Part shown: positions 9,295-16,717 of the stretch, one piece after another | Layout: each line of letters begins with the position of its first letter | Position numbering within the stretch: the first letter of the stretch is position 1 | NCBI RefSeq assembly: GCF_003324675.1 | Contig: NZ_CP030918.1 | Span: forward strand, 750,001 to 782,000 | Reading direction: 5' to 3' | DNA length: 32,000 bases | Source of the DNA: Paracoccus suum | GTDB taxonomy: Bacteria; Pseudomonadota; Alphaproteobacteria; Rhodobacterales; Rhodobacteraceae | Made by a program: the position numbers and the translations under genes | The notes under the pieces: generated by a model | The model's database searches: none | What the model saw: the letters and a program-made list of their open reading frames with translations, nothing else | Told to the model about the DNA's origin: nothing

Positions 9295-9977
9295 GGCGTT
9301 CCTTCCCTGAGCAATCCTTCGGCCAGCGCAATGCCCTCCGGGCGGCCAACGTCGCACCAGCCGCCAGGGTGCAACAATCCGTAGGCGCGATCCCCGGCGA
9401 TCAGCAGGTCCCACAGGCGGTTCAGCGAAAACACGGCCTCGGGGACCTCGGGCAGGCGGTCCGGGCGGATGATCTGGGCGCCGGTATAGACCAGCAGGCC
9501 GCCGCGGATCAGGCGCCCCTCTGGATCGAGGCTGAAATCGCCGCCGCCTTGCCGGCCGGTCGCGCAGTCGAGCGGAACCAGCATCAGCAGCGCGTCCATC
9601 CGGGCATCATCCCAGGCGGCGCGCAAAGCAGCGACTGGGTTCGGCCCGGTCCAGACGGCATCGGGGTTCAGCGTCAGCACCGGCCCCGGTCCCAGTTGCG
9701 GCAGCGCCCGGCGCAAGCCGCCGCCGGTTTCCAGCAGTTCATCCTCAGGCGACAGGGCGATGTCGGCCGCGCCGGCGATATGGTCCGCGATCTGCTCGCC
9801 CAGATGATGCGTGTTGACCACGATCCGCCGCGCGCCGCCGGCGCGTGCCAGATCGAGGGCGCGGTCGATCAGCGGCCGCCCGGCGACCGGGATCAGCGGC
9901 TTTGGCAACCGGTCGGTCAGCGGCGCCATGCGCGTGCCGCGTCCGGCGGCGAACATCATCAGCGCATCCGGCCTCAC
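9291..9977 (-). CDS. Nucleotidyltransferase family protein, MurU-like (N-acetylmuramate-1-phosphate uridylyltransferase-like)
   Basis: The N-terminal sugar-nucleotidyltransferase signature is MMFAAGRGTRMAPLTDRLPKPLIPVAGRPLIDR. GTG 9977 gives a GTGA overlap with the upstream stop; ATG 10001 is an alternative start. Pairing with an APH-type kinase is typical of AmgK/MurU. Confidence 0.8.
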   Translation of the reverse strand: MRPDALMMFAAGRGTRMAPLTDRLPKPLIPVAGRPLIDRALDLARAGGARRIVVNTHHLGEQIADHIAGAADIALSPEDELLETGGGLRRALPQLGPGPVLTLNPDAVWTGPNPVAALRAAWDDARMDALLMLVPLDCATGRQGGGDFSLDPEGRLIRGGLLVYTGAQIIRPDRLPEVPEAVFSLNRLWDLLIAGDRAYGLLHPGGWCDVGRPEGIALAEGLLREGTP

Positions 9978-11482
9978 GCCGATTCTCGCATCGTGCCGCA
10001 TCGCTGCGCGATCCTTTCGACCAGATCGGGGGTGGGGGGCGGGACCGCCCTCACCGCCTCGGCCAGTGGGGCCAGCGCGGGATGTGCAAGGTTGCGCGCG
10101 ATCAATCCCCAGCACCGCGGCATGAAGGCGAGGTAACGCGGCTTTGCATCGCGCAGGCAGAGGCGGGTGAAAATTCCCATGATGCGCAGATTGCGCTGTG
10201 CGCCGAGCAGCGCATAAGCGGCGGCGAATTCGTCAGGGTCGGTGCCGGTCTGCTGGCAGTAGCGCGCGATGGCGGCAGCCTCGATTTCGGGCGGCACATC
10301 GCGGCGCGGGTCCTGCAAGGCCGAGACGAGGTCATAGGCCGGATGGGCCGCGACCGCGTCCTGAAAATCGAGGAGGCCGAGCGGCGCATCGCCGCGCCAG
10401 ACGATGTTCTCGGCATGGAAATCGCGCAGGGCGGTGACAGGCGGCTGAGCCTTCGCCAGCGCGGCGTGCAGTTCCGCGATGGCCGGACCGACCTGCGCGG
10501 CCGCGCCAAGCGCCGCGCCGACGGCCGGGGCGTACCATTCGTCGAAGAGCCCGACCTGCTGGGCCAACTCGCGCCCGTCTAGCGCCAGAATCTCGGGGGC
10601 GGGGGGCTCGCGATGCAAGGCGGCCAGGAGGTCGGCGACGCGCAGATAGGCGGGTTGCGCCAGCGCGGGCTGCGCGTCGATCGCGCGGGCCAGCAGGTTG
10701 TCACCCAGATCCTCGAGCAGCAGGAGGCCGCGGGCGGTGTCGGCCGCCAGCACCTCGGGCGCGTGAAAACCGCGGCTGCGCAGCCAGTCGGTCATGTGCA
10801 GATACGGCCCGCAACTGCCGGGCGCGGCATCCATCAGAACCGCGCTGCCCTGCGGCAGCGTCAGGCGCAGGTAGCGCCGCGCAGATGCATCGCCCGCCAG
10901 TGGTTCCACGCGGGCATCGGCCCAGCCGGCGCGGGCGGCCAGCTGCGCGCATTCCGCCGCGCGCGCGGCCGGTCCCCAGCGAACGGCGTCGCCGGATAGC
11001 GTCACCTCGCGCAGGTCGGGCGCCTGCGGCACGGGCTGCAGCGAGATCGTCAGCGCGCCCATAGGCGCGGGGCCGAGGCGGTCAGGCCACTCGATCAGGC
11101 TGATGTCGTCCGGTCCGGCATCGTCGAGGCCCAGTTCTGCCGTGCCCTCGGAGCCGTCCAGCCGATACAGGTCGACATGCCACAGGCTGCCGCCGCTGAG
11201 CAGATCGTAAGTCTGGACCAGCGTGAAGCTGGGGCTCGGGACATCCTCGCACGGGTTGTCCAGAAGCGCGCGGACAAGGGCGCGGGCGAAATGGGTCTTG
11301 CCGGCGCCGAGCGGCCCCTCAAGCCGGATGACCTCGCCGCCCTTGAGGGTCAGGGCGAGGTGCCGCGCCAAGGCTGCGACGGCACCTTGTTCGGCAGCAG
11401 GGAAAATGGCGATGGGGTCAGCGGTAGCCATGAGGCGTTCTATCGCCGCATCCGGTGCGGGGAAAGCAGGTGCCGCAGGCAT
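9974..11482 (-). CDS. tsaE: Fusion protein: TsaE (t6A37 threonylcarbamoyltransferase complex ATPase) N-terminal domain plus aminoglycoside-phosphotransferase-fold kinase (AmgK-like) C-terminal domain
   Basis: A single 502-codon frame. The N-terminus has the TsaE P-loop LEGPLGAGKTHFARAL, PSPSFTL and HVDLYRL. From about aa 175 it is an APH-fold kinase (LAGDASARRYLRL ... LRDFHAENIVW ... LLDFQDA). The start is ATG 11482 or ATG 11431. Confidence 0.85.
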   Translation of the reverse strand: MPAAPAFPAPDAAIERLMATADPIAIFPAAEQGAVAALARHLALTLKGGEVIRLEGPLGAGKTHFARALVRALLDNPCEDVPSPSFTLVQTYDLLSGGSLWHVDLYRLDGSEGTAELGLDDAGPDDISLIEWPDRLGPAPMGALTISLQPVPQAPDLREVTLSGDAVRWGPAARAAECAQLAARAGWADARVEPLAGDASARRYLRLTLPQGSAVLMDAAPGSCGPYLHMTDWLRSRGFHAPEVLAADTARGLLLLEDLGDNLLARAIDAQPALAQPAYLRVADLLAALHREPPAPEILALDGRELAQQVGLFDEWYAPAVGAALGAAAQVGPAIAELHAALAKAQPPVTALRDFHAENIVWRGDAPLGLLDFQDAVAAHPAYDLVSALQDPRRDVPPEIEAAAIARYCQQTGTDPDEFAAAYALLGAQRNLRIMGIFTRLCLRDAKPRYLAFMPRCWGLIARNLAHPALAPLAEAVRAVPPPTPDLVERIAQRCGTMRESA

Positions 11483-11502
11483 ATCACGCCTGAGACAACG
11501 CC

Positions 11503-13284
11503 TCAGTGCGTTGCGCCCTGCCGCGCGGCCGAGGTCAGCACGACCGCCCGGCTTTCGTCCGAGCGTCCCGGCAGATCATGCACATCGAAGCGAAGCGAAA
11601 TGGTATAGCGCGTCGGCTCGGGCGTCTTGACGATTTCAGAATCCAGCTGCAGGGCAAAGGCGTCGATCAGTTGACCGCCAAGGCCTGTGCCCTCGATCGC
11701 TGTCTGCCCCGCGCCCATCGAGTTCGACACCTCGAGCAGCGCCCGCCCCGGCCCCTCCAACCGCAGGACGACGCAGGCCCAGGGCCGATCCTCCCCCGGC
11801 TCGGGGCTCGCGTATTTCAGGGCATTGGTCAGCGCCTCGGTCGCCAGCAGGGAGAGCGGGACTGCCTGGTCGGGCAGCAGCGTCAGCGGCTGGATATCGG
11901 TTTCGATCCGGATGCCCCGGTTCACGCCGGCGGTGGCGGCCGACATCTGGCTGACGATGTCGCTGAGCAACCGGTCGGCGGCGACGGAATCCAGATGCTC
12001 CGCTTGATAAAGGTTGCGATAGATCGTCGCGAGGCTGGCGACCCGGTCCTGAACGCTGCGCAGCACGCCCTTGGCGTCGGGATCGTCGATCATGCGGCTT
12101 TGCATGTTGATGATCGAGGCGATGAGCTGAAGGTTGTTCTTGACCCGGTGGTGGACCTCTTTCAGCAGTACAGTCTTTTCGGCGACCGCCTCCTCAAGCT
12201 GCTGTTCGTCGTGAACCAGGATGCGGGCGAGGTTGTGGAAGGTGCGGCTGACGTCTTTCAGCTCGGCCGGGGCATCGGGAATGATGCGCGGCAATTCGGT
12301 GCGATCGCCGATGGCAAAACGGCGCATCTGGCCTCGCAATTCCTGCACATGCCGAAGCACAAGGCGATAGACGGCGAGATAGGAGACGCCGATCGACACC
12401 AGCCACAGCGCCAGCGGGATCATCACCGCGCCGGCCCGCGCCGCGGCAAGCCCGCGCACGCCCGATTCCGCGGGGCTGTAGCTGCCCAAGGCATGTGCAA
12501 GGCCCGGCACGATGGGCACTGCAGCAAAGATGCGATCCTCGCCATCCTCGGTGGCGTTGTGGAACGTGCTTTCGGGCCGGTTGACGAGTTCCGACAAGGG
12601 CACGTTGCGGGGTAAAAGCTCGCTCAGCGGCAGATCGTCCACCGCATAGGTCGACAGCACCGAGCCGTCGTTGGCAAAGGTTACGATATTCGCCGTGCCT
12701 TGCCCGAAATCGCTGGAATGGGTCGAGCGCAGGAGGTCATGCGTTAACGAGACCTGCACATAGCCGAGCAATTCGCGGTCGCGGTAGACCGGCTGGGCCA
12801 TCGAGACGACCGAACGGCCGGAGACCGGCCCGTTGGGATTGGCCGCGATCACGGTCGAGCGCCGGACCATGAACTTCTGGAATGTCGGCGTGTCGCTGAC
12901 ATCCAGAACCACCCCGCCGGAGTTGCACGAGGTGATGCCATCCATTCCGGTGAAGCCGGCATAGACATAAGTCGCGTTCCGCTGGACGAAGCCCCGCATG
13001 ATGGCGGCGCAGGCGGCGGGATCGTCCAGCCGTTCAAGCACCGCGGGCCCCAGCGCGTCCGCGGTGCCGAGCGCGCCCTGGATCAGCGCCCGCTCGCCTG
13101 CTGCTGCGGCTGCAGTGCGGCCCAGCAGCGCGACCTCGCGTGCGCGCTCAGCCTCGCGCGAGAGGTTAAGCGTCTGCATCAGCGAGATCAGACCGATGGG
13201 CAGGATCGCGAGCGACAGCAGGAACCCCAGCCTGAAACCCAGGCCGTTCATGAAGTCCAGCCTGTCGTAGATCCGTGCCGGCAT
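11503..13284 (-). CDS. Membrane sensor histidine kinase, HisKA_2/HWE-type (TM, about 260-aa periplasmic domain, TM, HAMP, kinase); likely general-stress-response kinase
   Basis: 593 aa with two hydrophobic segments (aa about 15-37 and 285-305) and a HAMP-like linker. The H-box is EVHHRVKNNLQLIASIINMQ, and an ATPase domain follows. ATG 13284 lies 4 nt after the ecfG stop. Confidence 0.85.
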   Translation of the reverse strand: MPARIYDRLDFMNGLGFRLGFLLSLAILPIGLISLMQTLNLSREAERAREVALLGRTAAAAAGERALIQGALGTADALGPAVLERLDDPAACAAIMRGFVQRNATYVYAGFTGMDGITSCNSGGVVLDVSDTPTFQKFMVRRSTVIAANPNGPVSGRSVVSMAQPVYRDRELLGYVQVSLTHDLLRSTHSSDFGQGTANIVTFANDGSVLSTYAVDDLPLSELLPRNVPLSELVNRPESTFHNATEDGEDRIFAAVPIVPGLAHALGSYSPAESGVRGLAAARAGAVMIPLALWLVSIGVSYLAVYRLVLRHVQELRGQMRRFAIGDRTELPRIIPDAPAELKDVSRTFHNLARILVHDEQQLEEAVAEKTVLLKEVHHRVKNNLQLIASIINMQSRMIDDPDAKGVLRSVQDRVASLATIYRNLYQAEHLDSVAADRLLSDIVSQMSAATAGVNRGIRIETDIQPLTLLPDQAVPLSLLATEALTNALKYASPEPGEDRPWACVVLRLEGPGRALLEVSNSMGAGQTAIEGTGLGGQLIDAFALQLDSEIVKTPEPTRYTISLRFDVHDLPGRSDESRAVVLTSAARQGATH

Positions 13285-13288
13285 CGTC

Positions 13289-13870
13289 CTAACGCGAGAT
13301 TGCGCTGTTCTGTGCCATCACCGCCAAGGTCGCCCGATCGGTCATGTCCAGCTCTTCGCCCTCGGCCAGATGCAGCAACTCAGCAAGCCGCCTGCGACCT
13401 CGGTTGGCGCGCGATTTCACCGTGCCGACGGCGACACCGGTCATGCGCGCCGCCTCGTCATAGGAAAAGCCGGACGCGCCAACGAGGATCAGCGCCTCGC
13501 GCTGCTCGTCCGGCAGCTGGACGAAGGCCGCGCGAAAATCGTTCAGCGCGAGACGGCCGTCATGCTCCGGCCGGGTGGCCAAGCGGGCGGCGTGCAGCCC
13601 ATCACTGTCAGACACCTCGCGGCGGGTCTTGCGGCGCGCGGAGTAGAACGTGTTGCGCAAGATGGTAAACAGCCAGGCGCGCAGGTTGGTGCCGGCCTGA
13701 AACTTCTCGATGTTGGTCCATGCCTTGACGATGGTGTCCTGCACCAGATCGTCCGCCGACGCACCCTCGCGTGTCAGGGACAGGGCAAAGGCGCGCAACG
13801 CGGGCAGGTGATCGACAAGCTCGGACCGAGGATCGGCCCCGGACATCGGAGCGCGTTCACGTATGGTCAA
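13289..13870 (-). CDS. ecfG: ECF sigma factor, EcfG (general stress response) type
   Basis: Region 2 reads DDLVQDTIVKAWTNIEKFQAGTNLRAWLFTILRN. Region 4 reads EQREALILVGASGFSYDEAARMTGVAVGTVKSRANRGRRRL. It lies directly downstream of nepR. The start is TTG 13870 (AAGGAA SD) or ATG 13846. Confidence 0.85.
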   Translation of the reverse strand: MTIRERAPMSGADPRSELVDHLPALRAFALSLTREGASADDLVQDTIVKAWTNIEKFQAGTNLRAWLFTILRNTFYSARRKTRREVSDSDGLHAARLATRPEHDGRLALNDFRAAFVQLPDEQREALILVGASGFSYDEAARMTGVAVGTVKSRANRGRRRLAELLHLAEGEELDMTDRATLAVMAQNSAISR

Positions 13871-13874
13871 CCGG

Positions 13875-14021
13875 TCATTCCTTCTCGCGGAGTTGCGCCA
13901 GCAGCGTCATGAAGCGATCCGGCACGTCCTGCGTAGCATCTTGTTCGTAGACCCGCCTCAGGTTTTCATCGATCTGTTTCTCGATGGCCGCTCGCTTGCG
14001 CTCCTCTCGCTTGGTGTTCAT
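13875..14021 (-). CDS. nepR: Anti-sigma factor NepR
   Basis: A 48-aa product, MNTKREERKRAAIEKQIDENLRRVYEQDATQDVPDRFMTLLAQLREKE. It carries the NepR signature (L-R-x-x-Y ... VPDRF-x-x-LL-x-x-L) and the canonical position upstream of ecfG, divergent from phyR. The ORF-track start at 14129 is an unsupported extension. Confidence 0.75.
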   Translation of the reverse strand: MNTKREERKRAAIEKQIDENLRRVYEQDATQDVPDRFMTLLAQLREKE

Positions 14022-14054
14022 TCTGCAGTCCCGGAACTTGTGTGCACGAGCCGC

Positions 14055-14080
14055 AACGGATAAGCAGCCCGGCAGGTTCC
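14055..14080 (-). promoter_or_regulatory. EcfG-dependent promoter of nepR-ecfG-kinase operon
   Basis: The minus strand reads GGAAC (14080-14076), ctgccgggctgcttatc (17 nt), then CGTT (14058-14055). This is an exact match to the EcfG consensus GGAAC-N16/17-CGTT. It lies about 35 nt upstream of nepR ATG 14021. Confidence 0.6.
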
Positions 14081-14110
14081 GACAATGGTCGGTATTTAAA
14101 GAGGGGCGCC

Positions 14111-14911
14111 ATGTCTTCCGATCTCGCACAGTCCATCGGACGCGAACTGCCCTACCTACGCCGGTATGGGCGCGCCCTCACAGGAAGCCAGCAGGCCGGC
14201 GATAGCTACGCCGCGGCGACCCTGGAGGCGATCCTCAGCGACCGCTCGCTGATGGAGGGTGACAATCCGCGTGTGGCACTTTACCGCACGTTTCACGCCA
14301 TCTGGCAGTCCAGCGGCCAGCCGGTCGCCGGTGACGAAAGCGACGACCGCGCCGCACGCGTGCAATCGCACCTGACGGCGCTGACCCCGAATTCGCGCGA
14401 AGCCCTGTTGCTGCGCACCATCGAAGAACTGCGCTACGAACAGATCGCCGAGATCATGGGCATCAGCCAGGACGAAGCCGAGGAACTGGTCCAGATCGCC
14501 TTGACCGAGATGGGCCGGGCGATCCGCGGCAAGGTCATGATCATCGAGGACGAGACGATCATTGCCATGGATATTAAGGGCATCGTTCAGGCCATGGGCC
14601 ACGAGGTGACTGGCGTCGCCCGGACCCACAGCGCCGCGATCCAGTTGGCAGGCGAGCGTCGGCCGGACCTGATCCTCGCCGATATCCAGCTGGCCGACGG
14701 CAGCTCGGGCGTCGATGCGGTGAATGAGTTGCTGGGCGCGATGGGCGATATCCCGGTAATCTTCATCACCGCCTTCCCGGAGCGCCTGTTGACCGGCGAC
14801 CGCCCGGAGCCGGCGTTCCTGATCAGCAAGCCCTATACCGAAGAGCAGGTCCGCTCGGCCGTCAGCCAGGCGATGTTCTTTGCATCGAGCGAAGGGATCG
14901 AGGCGGCCTGA
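14111..14911 (+). CDS. phyR: Anti-anti-sigma response regulator PhyR (sigma-like domain plus receiver)
   Basis: MSSDLAQSIGRELPYLRRYGRALTGSQ... is the PhyR N-terminal signature. The C-terminal receiver has KVMIIEDE and LILADIQLADGSSG. ATG 14111 has an AGAGGGG SD. The ORF-track GTG at 14042 is an extension. Confidence 0.9.
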   Translation: MSSDLAQSIGRELPYLRRYGRALTGSQQAGDSYAAATLEAILSDRSLMEGDNPRVALYRTFHAIWQSSGQPVAGDESDDRAARVQSHLTALTPNSREALLLRTIEELRYEQIAEIMGISQDEAEELVQIALTEMGRAIRGKVMIIEDETIIAMDIKGIVQAMGHEVTGVARTHSAAIQLAGERRPDLILADIQLADGSSGVDAVNELLGAMGDIPVIFITAFPERLLTGDRPEPAFLISKPYTEEQVRSAVSQAMFFASSEGIEAA

Positions 14912-15004
14912 GGGCCGCCCGTCCATCCGGTCACTCACGATCCAGCCGCCCCGACGCGCCGGCCGCCGCGCGGCGGCCCGCTCGCCGGCGCGAGGCTGCA
15001 TGCC

Positions 15005-16060
15005 ATGTCCGACACCACGATCCCCACGCCGCGCCTGACCGAGCTTGCCCATGGCGGCGGCTGCGGCTGCAAGCTGGCGCCTTCCGTGCTGCAACAATTG
15101 CTGGCCGATCAGCCGCTGGCCGCGGCCTTCCCGCAACTGCTGGTCGGCAACGAGACTGCCGACGATGCCGCCGTCTGGCAGATCGACGCGCAAACCTGCG
15201 TGATCGCGACGACCGATTTTTTCATGCCAATGGTCGACGATCCGCGCGATTTCGGCCGGATTGCCGCGACCAACGCCATCTCTGACATCTATGCGATGGG
15301 CGGCCGGCCGATCATGGCTTTGGCTATCCTGGGGATGCCGGTCGATCGCATGCCCGTCGCCATGATCCGCGAAATTCTCGCGGGCGGCGCGTCGATCTGC
15401 GCCGAGGCCGGCATTCCGATTGCCGGCGGCCACTCCATTGACGCGCCTGAACCTATTTATGGCCTCGCGGTAATCGGGCTCTGTGCGCCCAAGGACCTGC
15501 GCCGTAATCACGGCGCACAGCCGGGCGATGCATTGATCCTGACCAAACCGCTGGGCGTGGGGGTTTATTCGGCGGCGATCAAGAAGCAACTGCTGGACGC
15601 CGATGGCCTGGCCGCAATGATCGCCACGACGACCACGCTGAACCGGATTGGCACCGACCTTGCGCGCGAGCCGGCTGTCCATGCGATGACCGACGTGACC
15701 GGCTTTGGCATCCTCGGCCACGGGCTGGAGATGGCGCGGGGCAGCGACGTCCAGTTGGTGATCGACGCGAGCCGGCTGCCGCTGCTGGGTGAGGCTGCCA
15801 CGCTCGCCCAACGGGGCCTCGCCACAGGGGCCTCGGGGCGCAACTGGACCGCCTATGGCGCCGAGGTGACTCTGCCGGACGGGATGGCCGATTGGTGGAA
15901 GGTGCTGTTGACTGATCCTCAGACCTCGGGCGGCCTGCTGCTGTCCGTGGCGGCTGAGGACGCGGATGCGGTCCTGGCGCGAGTTCGCGAGGCCGGCCAC
16001 TCGGCTGCCGCGATCATCGGCCGCGTCGCGCCGGGCAGCGGCATCACCGTCGCCGTCTGA
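15005..16060 (+). CDS. selD: Selenide, water dikinase (selenophosphate synthetase), Cys form
   Basis: 351 aa. The N-terminal glycine-rich active site [13 protein letters not shown] has Cys rather than Sec. The fold is AIR-synthase-like ([19 protein letters not shown]). Confidence 0.93.
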   Translation: MSDTTIPTPRLTELAHGGGCGCKLAPSVLQQLLADQPLAAAFPQLLVGNETADDAAVWQIDAQTCVIATTDFFMPMVDDPRDFGRIAATNAISDIYAMGGRPIMALAILGMPVDRMPVAMIREILAGGASICAEAGIPIAGGHSIDAPEPIYGLAVIGLCAPKDLRRNHGAQPGDALILTKPLGVGVYSAAIKKQLLDADGLAAMIATTTTLNRIGTDLAREPAVHAMTDVTGFGILGHGLEMARGSDVQLVIDASRLPLLGEAATLAQRGLATGASGRNWTAYGAEVTLPDGMADWWKVLLTDPQTSGGLLLSVAAEDADAVLARVREAGHSAAAIIGRVAPGSGITVAV

Positions 16061-16126
16061 AGGGACGAAGCTTGCCGCATGGCAGGGTTTGCGGCATTCT
16101 AGGCTGATCCATAGGGGGAACGCGCC

Positions 16127-16615
16127 ATGCGCCTGTTGCCACTCACCCTCGCCGCCATGCTGCTGGCCGGGCCGGTCATCGCGCAAAGCCCGAGCACCGA
16201 TGCAGTTGCGCCGCCGCCGGTCGCGCCTGCTGCGGCTGTCCCGACCTCGACGCCCGAGCCGGCTACCACCGCCGGCACCTCGGCTGCGCCCGCAGGTGCG
16301 CCGGCCGAGCCTGCTCAAGCTGCCTCGCCTGATCCAGCGGCGGCGAACACCGGCGCGACTGCTGCTGCGACCCCGTCCGCCAGTGGTGCGGCAGTCTCTA
16401 CCCATCCTGCGACCGCCCCCGCGGCAACGCCGCAGACCGCCACCACTGACGGCACCGCGCCGAGTAACTCCGGCTCGACCGGCTGGACGGGGGGAACCGG
16501 CGGCTCGATGATCGGGACCAACCCGTCGGGCAAGATCGCGACATCTAAGACGTGGCAGCCACCGACTGCGCGCGGGATCGACCTGATGATGGGCGCTGCG
16601 CCGGACAAGGGTTGA
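16127..16615 (+). CDS. Hypothetical secreted protein: signal peptide, about 100-aa Ala/Pro/Thr-rich low-complexity region, and a short Gly/Trp-containing C-terminal module
   Basis: ATG 16127 has an AGGGGGA SD. The signal peptide is MRLLPLTLAAMLLAGPVIA/QS. The C-terminal 45 aa are GWTGGTGGSMIGTNPSGKIATSKTWQPPTARGIDLMMGAAPDKG. I recognise no family. Confidence 0.5.
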   Translation: MRLLPLTLAAMLLAGPVIAQSPSTDAVAPPPVAPAAAVPTSTPEPATTAGTSAAPAGAPAEPAQAASPDPAAANTGATAAATPSASGAAVSTHPATAPAATPQTATTDGTAPSNSGSTGWTGGTGGSMIGTNPSGKIATSKTWQPPTARGIDLMMGAAPDKG

Positions 16616-16624
16616 GCCCGCCGG

Positions 16625-16717
16625 CGGAGGAGAATGGGAGTCGAACCCACCCGAGACAGGCTGGCTGCCTCAACCGGATTTGAAGTCCGGCCGCCCCACC
16701 GGGGACGATTCTCCTCC
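16625..16717 (-). tRNA. selC: tRNA-Sec (anticodon UCA), 93 nt, 3' CCA not encoded (genomic CCG)
   Basis: The minus strand reads GGAGGAGAAUCGUCCCCGGUGGGGCGGCCGGACUUCAAAUCCGGUUGAGGCAGCCAGCCUGUCUCGGGUGGGUUCGACUCCCAUUCUCCUCCG. It has an 8-bp acceptor stem (GGAGGAGA/UCUCCUCC), the anticodon loop CUUCAAA with the anticodon at 16683-16681, a long variable arm and a GUUCGACU T-loop. It is near-collinear with E. coli selC as I remember it. Confidence 0.9.

Noticed and set aside
7075-9384. A 769-aa plus-strand ORF, with nested ORFs at 7493-8572 and others
   Set aside because: It is antisense to addB. The composition is low-complexity Arg/Gly/Pro/Gln, there is no SD and no domain signature. This is a high-GC artefact.
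14961-14978. Perfect 18-nt GC palindrome GGCCGCCGCGCGGCGGCC between phyR and selD
   Set aside because: It could form a hairpin, but it has no U-tract. Such GC palindromes arise easily in this base composition. The evidence is not enough to call a terminator or an operator.
16073-16096. Hairpin TGCCGCA-N10-TGCGGCA after selD
   Set aside because: It has a 7-bp stem with a large 10-nt loop, and only TTCT follows it. That is too weak to call a terminator. selD and the downstream ORF may be co-transcribed.
14156-16405. A 749-aa minus-strand ORF spanning phyR, selD and the orphan ORF
   Set aside because: It is antisense to three well-supported genes. The translation is Arg/Gly/Ala-rich with no recognisable motifs. 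Long stop-free antisense frames like this are expected in high-GC DNA.
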